A stretch of DNA of 64,000 nucleotides from an uncultured Candidatus Saccharibacteria bacterium (GCA_964600695.1 CAZRKK010000002.1:115900-179899); one strand, 5' to 3'; numbered from the stretch's first letter, positions 1-8,267 are shown. Numbers and translations are program-made. Notes: generated from the sequence alone by a model not told the origin.

Positions 1-68
1 CCTCTCCTGTGACAGAGATGGTTGCGTTGGATCTTTCGGGTTTACTAACGTTATATATTTCGATCATT
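1..68 (-). CDS. N-terminal 22 codons of a gene continuing past the window start (product unknown)
   Basis: The minus-strand ORF begins at 68 (MIEIYNVSKPERSNATISVTGE...) and AAGGAGG lies upstream on the minus strand at about 82-88. Confidence 0.3.
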
Positions 69-152
69 TTAAATGAACAGCCTCCTTTTGTTTTTCCTGC
101 TTGGTTTCAACTTATATTACAAGCCTCACCAACTTGGTATTATACCTATTTC

Positions 153-188
153 TACGATTTTGTCAATGGAACGTAACAATGCTATAAT
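153..188 (+). promoter_or_regulatory. sigma70 promoter (TTGTCA-17-TATAAT) with the ATG 6 nt downstream, so a probably leaderless trmB-like mRNA
   Basis: TTGTCA at 153-158 and TATAAT at 183-188 are followed by ctacgt and then ATG at 195. Confidence 0.5.
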
Positions 189-194
189 CTACGT

Positions 195-935
195 ATGTAT
201 GAAAAAGAACTTCAAAATTTAGGGCTTTCCGAAAAAGAAGCCAAGGTTTACACCACCGCTTTAGAGCTTGGTGCAGACACAGTTCAGAATATTGCCAAGC
301 AATCCGGCATAAACCGTGCAACTACTTATGTACAAATCGACTCATTAACCGAGAAGGGTTTAATGAGTGAATTCGATAAGGGCAAAAAAACCTATTATGT
401 TGCCGAGTCACCAAACCGTTTAAAGAATTTACTATCTTCAATCGAAAAGGAGTTGGAAATAAAGAAAACAGAAGCAGGTACAATTATTCCTGGTCTTTTA
501 TCTTTATTTGAAGGAATGGGTGATCGTCCAAAAGTTAGATTTTTTGAAGGCATGGATGGGGCCACAGCTATGCGCGACGAATTCTTAAAGGGTAAGCATA
601 AGTTTATTTATGGCTTTATCAACTATGATAAATTATTTGAATTTTATCCAGATCAACAAACAGGTTATACAGATCTTCGTGCAAAGAAGGGGATTAAGAC
701 TAAAGTTTTCTATTCCAGTAAAGTGCCAGTAAAAGATGCGAATAGTAAGCAATTTTTAAGAGAAGCTAAATATATTTCTCCAAAAAAGATTGATATTTCA
801 GCTTCGGTCACTCTTTCTGGAAATAAAATTGCTATCTCAACTTACTCAAAGAATCCGACTAGCGTAGTAATCGAAAGTGAAATTATGGCTAAAACCTTTG
901 TTTCTATCTTCGAATATTTTTGGTCAATTAGTTAA
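195..935 (+). CDS. TrmB-family sugar-responsive HTH transcriptional regulator
   Basis: The N-terminal wHTH (GLSEKEAKVYTTALELGADTVQNIAKQSGINRATTYVQIDSLTEKGL) is followed by a TrmB C-terminal-like domain. Confidence 0.6.
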   Translation: MYEKELQNLGLSEKEAKVYTTALELGADTVQNIAKQSGINRATTYVQIDSLTEKGLMSEFDKGKKTYYVAESPNRLKNLLSSIEKELEIKKTEAGTIIPGLLSLFEGMGDRPKVRFFEGMDGATAMRDEFLKGKHKFIYGFINYDKLFEFYPDQQTGYTDLRAKKGIKTKVFYSSKVPVKDANSKQFLREAKYISPKKIDISASVTLSGNKIAISTYSKNPTSVVIESEIMAKTFVSIFEYFWSIS

Positions 936-968
936 AAATACACTGAATTTACTAGGTTATTTAAAAAA

Positions 969-996
969 AACTGTCATACACTATTGACAGTTTTTA
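969..996 (+). terminator. rho-independent terminator after the trmB-like gene
   Basis: Hairpin ctgtca-tacactat-tgacag is followed by TTTTT. Confidence 0.6.
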
Positions 997-1012
997 GTTT
1001 TTATGATAATAT
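984..1012 (+). promoter_or_regulatory. sigma70 promoter (TTGACA, then an extended -10 TGaTAATAT)
   Basis: ttgacagtttttagtttttatgataatat precedes the micro-ORF transcription unit. Confidence 0.45.
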
Positions 1013-1066
1013 TACTCCGATTTAAACATCCGTTACGAGGAATCTAACTAGAGGAGGTTCATCAGT

Positions 1067-1087
1067 ATGACAGGTGGGAACTGGTAA
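1067..1087 (+). CDS. micro-ORF MTGGNW (6 aa) with a perfect SD
   Basis: GAGGAGG lies 7 nt upstream of ATG. The stop is immediately followed by the GC hairpin GGGGCC-ACGG-GGCCCC (1089-1104). Confidence 0.3.
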   Translation: MTGGNW

Positions 1088-1205
1088 GGGGGCCACGGGG
1101 CCCCAAACCCAACTACTATCTGGAGTAATAGACCCGAATCAAAACTAGATACTGGTAATGTGTGTAAGTCGAAAAACAGAAATAAACCAAAACGGAGGTA
1201 AGGAA

Positions 1206-1247
1206 ATGAAGAACTATATCAATTTCGGCGGCGACGTCGCGTGGTAA
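1206..1247 (+). CDS. micro-ORF MKNYINFGGDVAW (13 aa) with a strong SD
   Basis: GGAGGTAAGG lies 5 nt upstream of ATG. Like micro-ORF1 it ends in ...W-stop. Confidence 0.3.
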   Translation: MKNYINFGGDVAW

Positions 1248-1314
1248 GCTAAACCCGTAAAAACGGTTCAGCAGATAATTCTGCTCTGCAAAATCAACAA
1301 TATGTTGGTTACGA

Positions 1315-1377
1315 GCGTCAATCAAATGAGATCATGAAGCTATGCTTTGGAATCAAATGATTGACGCTTTTTATTTT
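1315..1377 (+). terminator. rho-independent terminator closing the ~360-nt micro-ORF transcript
   Basis: A 10-bp stem (gcgtcaatca / tgattgacgc) with a ~33-nt loop is followed by tttttatttt. Confidence 0.55.
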
Positions 1378-1495
1378 ACCTAAAAATTTTACCCATGTTT
1401 ATATAATAGTCATGCTATGGTATCATAAAATCCACGTGGTTTATCCTTTATTTAAGCCAATATTTAACTACTAGGAATATTTTTGTCATTAGGTC

Positions 1496-1523
1496 TTGAC
1501 AAAATAAATATTTCATGTATACT
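1496..1523 (+). promoter_or_regulatory. sigma70 promoter (TTGACA-16-TATACT) driving the GC-rich ORF-free segment
   Basis: TTGACA at 1496-1501 and TATACT at 1518-1523. Confidence 0.5.
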
Positions 1524-1529
1524 GAGTTG

Positions 1530-2990
1530 TAAGCTGAAATTACCAAAAACAAATAACACTTTTTTAACTCTCGTATTCACTCGTTACTGTAGCGGGAAGA
1601 ATAATTCTGGCAGGCGACTAGACTCTACGGGGTCAATAATCATATCAATGTTCGCCGCACAGAATACTGAGAATTATAAAGGGTGTTATAAGTGGCTGGT
1701 GTTTCGGCTTTTAAAATACTCAAAGCCTGTCTGCAGTGGAGACCATGCATACAAATAAAATTGATGTAATGGTTATCAGCTTACTCCATTTGTAGACAGC
1801 CTGGCGGAAATTGAATTATTTCATTTTTTGCCGGACTGTCTACAACAGACAAAAATATAAAAAGGTTAGCTAGTGTGTGTCTAGCAGTTTACCAAGCGTT
1901 GACCAACTATCCTAGGATATGTCCGCAAAAACTAAACCCACTACACACAAAATTTTTAAGGAGGGGTATTTATCAGCACAATACTCCTAAGCAATCGATT
2001 GGCAAGAGGCCAACGACCCTGGAAATTTACCTGGCAGGGTAAGTTTCCAAAGCTTCGCTACTATGCGGTAGCAGCGGTTTACTGAATTGCCTGTGGAGCA
2101 ATTTTGTTAAATCGTAAACAGTAAGCGTGATGGATGGCCTGACCACAAAGGCTGCCATGTGCTGTTCCCGCCCGAACTTCTAGTTTGGGCTTCTATCCGA
2201 GAACATTACAAGTTAGTGTTCTCAGAGTGAATAAACTAATTCCTGTTCGCAACTCCTTGGCAGAAATTTATATCTAAATATTTGGATCTAAATTTCCGCC
2301 TTGGAGAGCGCGATAGCAGAGTAATCTGTGATAGGTGATACGTCTTAAACACAACGTATTGCCCGGGATTCGCCCGAAATCTCCACAAACTTGGATCCGC
2401 TGAAGAAGCCTAAGCAACTTCTACGCTCAGCCTTACAAGTTTGCCCAGAGAGTTTGGCGACTCTCGAAGGGAATTAGATGATGATTTGGCTCTAGGGCAT
2501 AAGCACCCCGACGAGTATTTGTTTTCCTTGGAAAGCATTTGGCCGCCAAGCCCAAAGAATCGGAAAGTTGGTCCTCACCTGGTCGCTTGCCGCAAGCAAG
2601 TCCAGCCTGAGGAAGTCTCATTACCAACAATGTGTCGCTAAACCATAGGAAAACAATGGTTGAAGGGCAAATATGAGAATAGGTCATGAAGCGTTGAGCC
2701 ATGCCGTAAACCTTTCTTCGGAAGGGAGAAAAACGGACTCGGGAATGCCTCCTGAGTACAGCGAAAGCCCTGATCCGGCCAGTAACTGTAATAAGCTTCA
2801 TAAAATCCTTCGGGATGACTGAAACGGTTGTTAGTGACTGCTTCGCAAGAAGTGTGGAAACTAACGGGTTAAAAGGAGCAGCGGTTACCATGCCGAGATG
2901 AAAATGTCTCGGTTAGCGCCGAGAAAAATCTGTTCCAAGAAAAAGATATTTGTCTTAGTCTTTTTCAAAAATCTCTTTAGGAGGAGAATT
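1530..2990 (+). ncRNA. candidate large structured non-coding RNA or intron-like element (unclassified)
   Basis: About 1.45 kb with GC near 50% in a ~36% GC genome. No ORF longer than 152 aa in any frame, and none with an SD. Many GC-rich nested hairpins (e.g. GAGAAC...GUUCUC at 2199-2223, GGCAGAAAUUU...AAAUUUCCGCC at 2258-2298). It has its own promoter. Confidence 0.35.
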
Positions 2991-2994
2991 TATT

Positions 2995-3261
2995 ATGAAA
3001 GTTATTTCGTTGTCCGCACTGAGTGCGGAGAAGCGAGTTGCCATCGCGGCGGCTCGGGTGACTGGAACGAATCCAGTCGTAGTCGGTAACTTTTGCACGC
3101 GGTGCAAATGTTGCGGACGCAACCAGCCGATCAAGGGGTTTGCCCCGGATCCGGCTCGGAAGCTCCGTGGGGTGGTGTGTGCACACTGTGCACAGCTGCG
3201 GACTCCGCGCTTGAGCCGTAACTCAGGCAAACAGAGAGATGTAACTCTGCAAAAAATTTAG
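2995..3261 (+). CDS. small Cys-rich (zinc-ribbon-like) protein, 88 aa
   Basis: Perfect SD AGGAGG lies 8 nt before ATG. Motifs CTRCKCC and CAHC are present. The gene is GC-rich. Confidence 0.5.
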   Translation: MKVISLSALSAEKRVAIAAARVTGTNPVVVGNFCTRCKCCGRNQPIKGFAPDPARKLRGVVCAHCAQLRTPRLSRNSGKQRDVTLQKI

Positions 3262-3597
3262 GTTTAAGTATTGTACCTTGAAACATAAACAATACATTCT
3301 TTTTTGAAAAGAGAAGTTCACTTGTCTTTTCAAAATTGAAAGTTTAGATACAAATCTTGTGGGGGTCTATGATAAAAATAATATTTCTCGGCGCTAGCGC
3401 TGGCGGAGCTATTGGTTAGCTCAGATCTAAATTAAAATATGTTTTTATATGGCAGTTTATTTATCTGCGTCCGGGAAGGATTCAAATAATTAAACTGTGT
3501 ATATCTGCATTCATGTGTTGTCGACATTTTTGCATACTATTAGGCCTATAGTATGAGTCGATGGAGTACAACATATAAAAACATATTGTCGCTTTAA

Positions 3598-3624
3598 GCT
3601 CGATTAATTTCGAGCATCTTTTTT
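3598..3624 (+). terminator. rho-independent terminator
   Basis: gctcga-ttaatt-tcgagc is followed by atcTTTTTT. Confidence 0.55.
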
Positions 3625-3654
3625 AGAACAGAATCCTGATTGTGTTTTGAAAAA

Positions 3655-3804
3655 GGGGATGACAGGCTTTCGACAGAAGACTAGCTTGGTTATGAAAGTA
3701 GGGTAAAACGTCTTTGATTTGAACCTGCGTGCAGTCGCAAGACTGTTGGATCTAATTGAGATTTTTCGTTCTGGATCCGGGTTCGAATCCCGGCATCTCC
3801 ACCA
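3655..3804 (+). ncRNA. tmRNA-like (ssrA-like) tRNA-like element, 150 nt, with no recognisable tag ORF
   Basis: The 5' end GGGGAUGACAGGCUUUCGACAG carries the tmRNA GGNUUCGAC motif. The 3' end GGAUCCGGGUUCGAAUCCCGGCAUCUCCACCA gives a T-arm and CCA. The 7-bp acceptor stem GGGGAUG / CAUCUCC pairs fully with one G-U. Confidence 0.5.
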
Positions 3805-3821
3805 CTTCTTTAGGAGGAAAT

Positions 3822-4103
3822 ATGAAAATATTTAGTTACTTGTTTTGGGCAGTATTTGTACCGTTTTGGTTTGTTGCAGTGGTTGTGCCGTTTTTTTCTG
3901 TGATGTTTGGGTTTGATTCAGTGATGAAGCACAACACTGATCGCACATGGACCTTGTACGGTTTATGGGTCATGGACTCAGTCATTGCAGACCGGTACTA
4001 CATCTTTATGGTGGCTACTGCATTTGTGATGGCGATTCTGTTTAGGATGGAATGGGTATTTAGTTCCAAGCTAAATAAAAAGGAGCGATTGAATCGTCAA
4101 TGA
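3822..4103 (+). CDS. small polytopic membrane protein (93 aa)
   Basis: SD AGGAGG precedes ATG at 3822 and the protein has 3 hydrophobic helices. The ORF-track start at 3756 lies inside the tmRNA-like element and is rejected. Confidence 0.55.
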   Translation: MKIFSYLFWAVFVPFWFVAVVVPFFSVMFGFDSVMKHNTDRTWTLYGLWVMDSVIADRYYIFMVATAFVMAILFRMEWVFSSKLNKKERLNRQ

Positions 4104-4192
4104 TCGCGTGGGCTCAACAGCGCCTGGAAACAGAAGCTGTTTTTTTATACCCTTCAAAATGATATAATTCAGGAGTAATTAATCTTGTATAT

Positions 4193-5464
4193 ATGGAACT
4201 AGGACCCCGACAATCTGAATATTTAGGTAAGCAATTTAAAACATTTAATGAGTTGGGCCATAAAAAATTTATGGAAGGCCGGGATTTTGATATTGCTGTC
4301 ATCAAGGAATTTTCTATAGAGTACCTTCGAAAAAATCATAAAAAGAACGAAGGTAATAATGGTGTGATTTTTAAACTAGAACTTCAGGATCCTAACAATG
4401 AGAATGAAACTGTTGAGTATGCTGGTAAGTTGCTAAAGGTGGGGAGTTACGAAGATTTAAAAGCGGAATATGATAATCAAATTGCTGCTTATGAAATTTT
4501 AGAAGAAGAAATAGCAAATGGTGCAGACCCTTTGAATTATAGTAAAATCCCTAGACCGTGTTTTTGTTTTCATCTTGAGTTAGATGATGAATTGAAAAAG
4601 CATCTTCAAGAAGAGGGGATTAAAAGCTCTGGCGATACACAAGGACTTCTTTTAATGGATTGGATTGATGGAGAGGATGTCGCCACTCATCTCTTTAAGG
4701 AAGCATTAAAACGTAAAGAAAGTAGATTCTTAGACACTATCAAGCCAGGAGATTTTAATCAGTTACATCAGGCTGTCGGATTAGAGTTTGAGTTTGCTAA
4801 GCCTGGTGGCAAAGCTACTCGAGCAGGTGATAAAATATTCGAAGAACGAAAAGTTGCAGCTGATAATGAATCTAAAATTTATAAGTTTTTAAAGAAGAGT
4901 GGTTATATTTTTCCTAAAAATACTCTTGAACAAATTCGAAATACTCTAGACTTGTTTAGCAGTAAAGGCTTAGAGATGTGGGATAGTCACGCTCGCAATG
5001 TAATGTTGGATCCAGAAGGTGATCGACCATACTTAATCGACTTTGCTCCTCAAAAGAAGCAACTTGGCGGCGAAGCAGCAACCTTAGACCCTTATGTTTT
5101 GATAAGACAGTTAGAAAGTCTTACTACAACTCCACAAGAAGATCATCAGGCTGAAATAGAATCTAAGTTTACTGAATGGGACGCTAATTACCAAAAGAAA
5201 ACCCAAGACCCACGTTGGGTAGCTGCTTTTATAAATAAAGCACCAACTGGTGAGAAATTCCTAAAACATGCCCAGTACGAAATTGCTAGTGGTGTGGATG
5301 AAGATCGTGTGCAGGGAAATATTTACGCCTTATTTTATAAAGCTAATCAAAATGAGATTAGTCCAGAAGCAGTCTTAGGTTTGTTAACAGAGTTATCTAG
5401 CAAAGAAAATCTTCCTTGGAAAAAAGCTAAAATAGATTTAGCAATAAAAAAAGCGGGTAAATAA
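4193..5464 (+). CDS. atypical protein-kinase-like (PKL/APH-fold) protein
   Basis: A beta3 Lys region (AGKLLKV), a hinge (LLLMDWIDGEDV), a catalytic loop (WDSHARNVML) and a DFG-like IDFA are all present. Confidence 0.45.
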   Translation: MELGPRQSEYLGKQFKTFNELGHKKFMEGRDFDIAVIKEFSIEYLRKNHKKNEGNNGVIFKLELQDPNNENETVEYAGKLLKVGSYEDLKAEYDNQIAAYEILEEEIANGADPLNYSKIPRPCFCFHLELDDELKKHLQEEGIKSSGDTQGLLLMDWIDGEDVATHLFKEALKRKESRFLDTIKPGDFNQLHQAVGLEFEFAKPGGKATRAGDKIFEERKVAADNESKIYKFLKKSGYIFPKNTLEQIRNTLDLFSSKGLEMWDSHARNVMLDPEGDRPYLIDFAPQKKQLGGEAATLDPYVLIRQLESLTTTPQEDHQAEIESKFTEWDANYQKKTQDPRWVAAFINKAPTGEKFLKHAQYEIASGVDEDRVQGNIYALFYKANQNEISPEAVLGLLTELSSKENLPWKKAKIDLAIKKAGK

Positions 5465-5497
5465 TTACCCGCTAACTGCTTTTTGGTTGTTCATTCT
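5465..5497. terminator. bidirectional terminator between convergent genes
   Basis: gcgggtaa-ataa-ttacccgc is flanked by an A-run and a T-run. Confidence 0.5.
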
Positions 5498-5682
5498 AGA
5501 ATGGAAATTCTCATAGTTTTTCCGGTTGATTTTTCTTTGGTGGTGATGGAAGTCTCGGTAAGCTTAACTTCAAAAGCGTCTTTTTCGCCAGATGCTGCTT
5601 CAGCTTTTTCGAGGATTTCCCGTTCCTTCTTTCTCAATTCATTTTTATTATATACTTTTACTTCCTTTTTATTATTGCTCAT
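5491..5682 (-). CDS. small charged hypothetical protein (63 aa)
   Basis: SD AGGGGG lies 4 nt upstream and the protein is Lys/Glu-rich. Confidence 0.4.
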   Translation of the reverse strand: MSNNKKEVKVYNKNELRKKEREILEKAEAASGEKDAFEVKLTETSITTKEKSTGKTMRISILE

Positions 5683-5740
5683 GAGACCCCCTGACTATTT
5701 GTAATACTGCTTTTATAAAGCGCTCTACATTATATAGTAA

Positions 5741-5770
5741 TTGACAACTTTAGTCAACCCCTGCTATAAT
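5741..5770 (+). promoter_or_regulatory. sigma70 promoter (TTGACA-18-TATAAT) of the rplJL operon
   Basis: The -35 and -10 hexamers match consensus exactly. Confidence 0.6.
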
Positions 5771-5777
5771 CCTATTA

Positions 5778-6033
5778 ACTAAATATCCCAAGACAGTTGG
5801 TGGCCAAAAGCCTTAAAATAGCCTAAAAACTAAACCCACCGAGGAACAAAACCAAGTCGCACCAATTATAGATTGGTAGACGAGGTAATTTGTGGCTCGG
5901 AAACTTATATAAGTCCGAGTTTTATTGTTCTAAAAACAGTTTATGCCGCGGGGCATGGCAGGATTATTTAGCAGAAAGGTCGAATTACCAGCCGTGGAAT
6001 TAACCACGTGATTGGATCCTAAAAGGAAAAATT
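5778..6033 (+). promoter_or_regulatory. ribosomal-protein L10 (rplJ) leader, the likely L10(L12)4 autoregulatory structure
   Basis: A ~255-nt untranslated leader lies between a consensus promoter and rplJ. This position is conserved across bacteria, but the structure itself was not verified. Confidence 0.45.
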
Positions 6034-6549
6034 ATGGCAAAAACAAGACAACAGAAAGAGCAAGATTTAACAGAGTTAACTGAACGCCTTAAAGGCGCCA
6101 AGAGTATTGTACTTGCGGATTACCGTGGTACAACTGTAAAAGATATTGATACCTTTCGTCGCTCACTTGGTAGTGAAGGCGTAGTCAGTAAAGTTTACAA
6201 AATCTCTTTAGTGAAGAAAGCTTTCGAAGCTAATAACATCGATGCCACTTCACTCGATTATAAGACTCCTGTAATTCTAGCTGTTTCTCAAGATGATGAA
6301 GTTGCTCCGGCACGAATCATTAAAAATGTATCTAAAGATGTTAAGACAATCAGCATCTTAAGCGGTGTTATGGATGGTACTTTTGCCACTCGCGAACAAG
6401 TTATTGCTTTGGCAGAATTGCCAAGCAAAGACCAACTTCGTGGTATGTTGGTTGGAACCATCAACGCTCCTGTGTCTGGCTTTGTAAATGTCTTAGCTGG
6501 AAATATCCGCGCTTTAATCAATGTATTAAACGCAACCGCTGCTAAATAA
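6034..6549 (+). CDS. rplJ: 50S ribosomal protein L10
   Basis: 171 aa with L10-family sequence and position. Confidence 0.9.
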   Translation: MAKTRQQKEQDLTELTERLKGAKSIVLADYRGTTVKDIDTFRRSLGSEGVVSKVYKISLVKKAFEANNIDATSLDYKTPVILAVSQDDEVAPARIIKNVSKDVKTISILSGVMDGTFATREQVIALAELPSKDQLRGMLVGTINAPVSGFVNVLAGNIRALINVLNATAAK

Positions 6550-6585
6550 TTTTAGTAGCCTAATCAATTAATTTAAGGAAATATT

Positions 6586-6990
6586 ATGTCAGAAGAAAAC
6601 AAGACAGTAGAAGTTCCTGCTAAGTTCGTAGAACTAGTTGGACAAATCGAAAAGCTTTCCGTATTGGAACTTTCCGAATTAGTAAAAGTTTTAGAAGAAA
6701 AGTTTGGTGTTAGTGCAGCTGCTCCTATGATGATGGGTGCTATGCCTGCTGCTGGTGGCGCTGCCGCTGCAGAAGAAAAAGATGAATTCAGTGTAGAATT
6801 AACAGCTGCTGGCGAAAGCAAGATCAATGTGATCAAAGTTGTTCGCGAAGTTACTGGTCTTGGCTTAAAAGAAGCTAAGGATATGGTAGACGGCGCTCCT
6901 CAAGTTATCAAAGAAAACGCTCCAAAAGCAGAAGCTGAAGAGTTGAAGAAGAAACTTGAAGAAGCTGGTGGTACTGTTACTCTTAAGTAA
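6586..6990 (+). CDS. rplL: 50S ribosomal protein L7/L12
   Basis: It shows an N-terminal dimerisation domain, an Ala/Gly/Pro hinge and the C-terminal [15 protein letters not shown]...TVTLK. Confidence 0.95.
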   Translation: MSEENKTVEVPAKFVELVGQIEKLSVLELSELVKVLEEKFGVSAAAPMMMGAMPAAGGAAAAEEKDEFSVELTAAGESKINVIKVVREVTGLGLKEAKDMVDGAPQVIKENAPKAEAEELKKKLEEAGGTVTLK

Positions 6991-7022
6991 TCAACCCTAA
7001 CTTATACAGTTATACTAAAAAT

Positions 7023-7046
7023 GACCTCCATACGGAGGTCTTTTTT
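7023..7046 (+). terminator. rho-independent terminator after rplL
   Basis: gacctcc-atac-ggaggtc is followed by TTTTTT. Confidence 0.7.
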
Positions 7047-7145
7047 GTTATCCAAGACTATAAATGTTACCCACAGGTTGTATTTGCGTATAGATAAGAA
7101 ACCATGCACAATTAATGTAAGACAGGAATTAATAAGTAGGTCTCG

Positions 7146-8267
7146 ATGAAAAAAAACTTATCAGTTTGTATATTAATCGCCATGGTTCTTGGTCTGCTCT
7201 TTATTGTTTTTAAGTCTGAAAAAACTCGGCCTAGAATTTCTGGAGCAGTGATTCCACACCATAATATAGTGGCCAATCAAAGGCAGCAATTTTTTACACA
7301 GTTGGCCGAGCAGGTTGGAGTTGGGAATTACCCAGAGACAATAATATTGGTATCGCCTAATCATTACAATGCTGGTTTCGGTAAAATTCAAACTTCCAAC
7401 CAAAACTGGGAATTGAGCGTAGGTTCAATTAACCATGATGCAGATGTTGTGAGTGATCTGTTAAGTGATGGTGAAGATAATGAAGAGAGCGTCGCGACAA
7501 ACGAGCCGGGAAGTTTTACAGACGAACATGGTATATACAACATACTCGGTGATATCCATAATACTTTTCCTGACGCAAAGATAGTGCCTATTATATTAAA
7601 GGATCCATCTCAGGAAGAGCTAGTTGAATTGCAGAAATCATTAGCCAAGTCTTGTCATAATTGTTTAATGTTGGCTTCGGTAGACTTTTCGCACTATCAA
7701 CCTGCTCGGATTGCCGAATTACATGATCAAAAAACTATTCGTGATTTACAAAATTTAGATACGGATGATGTTTTAAAGAATGCCGAAGTTGATTCTGGAG
7801 CATCATTGGCGCTTTTGATGATGTGGGCTAAAGCTAATCAGACAATGCGATTTAATTTAGTTAACAATACTAATTCTAGCTTGCTCTTAAATGACCCAAG
7901 TTTAGAGGGCACGAGTCATGTGTTTGGATGGTATCAAACTGGGCGGAAAGTTCGGCCAGAACAGTTTACTAGTTTTGTAATAACTAAAAACCTGAATGTT
8001 GGAGTAGAAAATAGAGCAATTTGGGGTACGGATCTGGTTGTGAATCAACCTCTAATTAATTCCAGTGACCCTAATCTATCATTAGATAAGGTTGTAATAT
8101 TCGGCAAGCTCACAAAGAACGGTATGGATTTATTTGGATTTCCTCTCGACCCCAAAGATCCTACAAAGCTGATGACAAAGTCAGAATTGTCTTTCGATAA
8201 TTTGTCATCGTCAATAATAAAGAGTAAAATTAAATTATTAATTAATCAAAACAATGAACGAAAATAA
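7146..8267 (+). CDS. membrane-anchored MEMO1-family (class III extradiol dioxygenase subunit B-like) protein
   Basis: An N-terminal TM segment, GAVIPHHNIV, VSPNHY and the family motif DFSHYQ are present. Confidence 0.45.
   Translation: MKKNLSVCILIAMVLGLLFIVFKSEKTRPRISGAVIPHHNIVANQRQQFFTQLAEQVGVGNYPETIILVSPNHYNAGFGKIQTSNQNWELSVGSINHDADVVSDLLSDGEDNEESVATNEPGSFTDEHGIYNILGDIHNTFPDAKIVPIILKDPSQEELVELQKSLAKSCHNCLMLASVDFSHYQPARIAELHDQKTIRDLQNLDTDDVLKNAEVDSGASLALLMMWAKANQTMRFNLVNNTNSSLLLNDPSLEGTSHVFGWYQTGRKVRPEQFTSFVITKNLNVGVENRAIWGTDLVVNQPLINSSDPNLSLDKVVIFGKLTKNGMDLFGFPLDPKDPTKLMTKSELSFDNLSSSIIKSKIKLLINQNNERK

Noticed and set aside
1530-2990. Group II intron, rRNA fragment or classic RNase P RNA as explanation for the GC-rich block
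   Set aside because: No GUGYG 5' end or domain-V consensus. No 16S/23S signature stretches. The P4-like pairing found (2153/2432) lacks the ACAGAA/AGGAAAG context. It is left unclassified.
2433-3230. ORF-track ORFs inside the GC-rich block (2433..2891 -, 2441..2641 +, 2898..3089 +, 2955..3230 -, 2977..3186 -)
   Set aside because: They overlap on both strands, have no RBS and low-complexity Ala/Arg/Pro-rich translations typical of GC-rich non-coding sequence. Only 2995..3261 has a perfect SD.
3655-3804. Canonical tmRNA tag peptide
   Set aside because: No frame yields a resume codon followed by an ...ALAA-type tag, so the element is called tmRNA-like rather than ssrA.
3756-3821. N-terminal extension of the 3756..4103 ORF
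   Set aside because: It lies inside the tmRNA-like T-arm/acceptor/CCA. The AGGAGG SD sits before the internal ATG at 3822.
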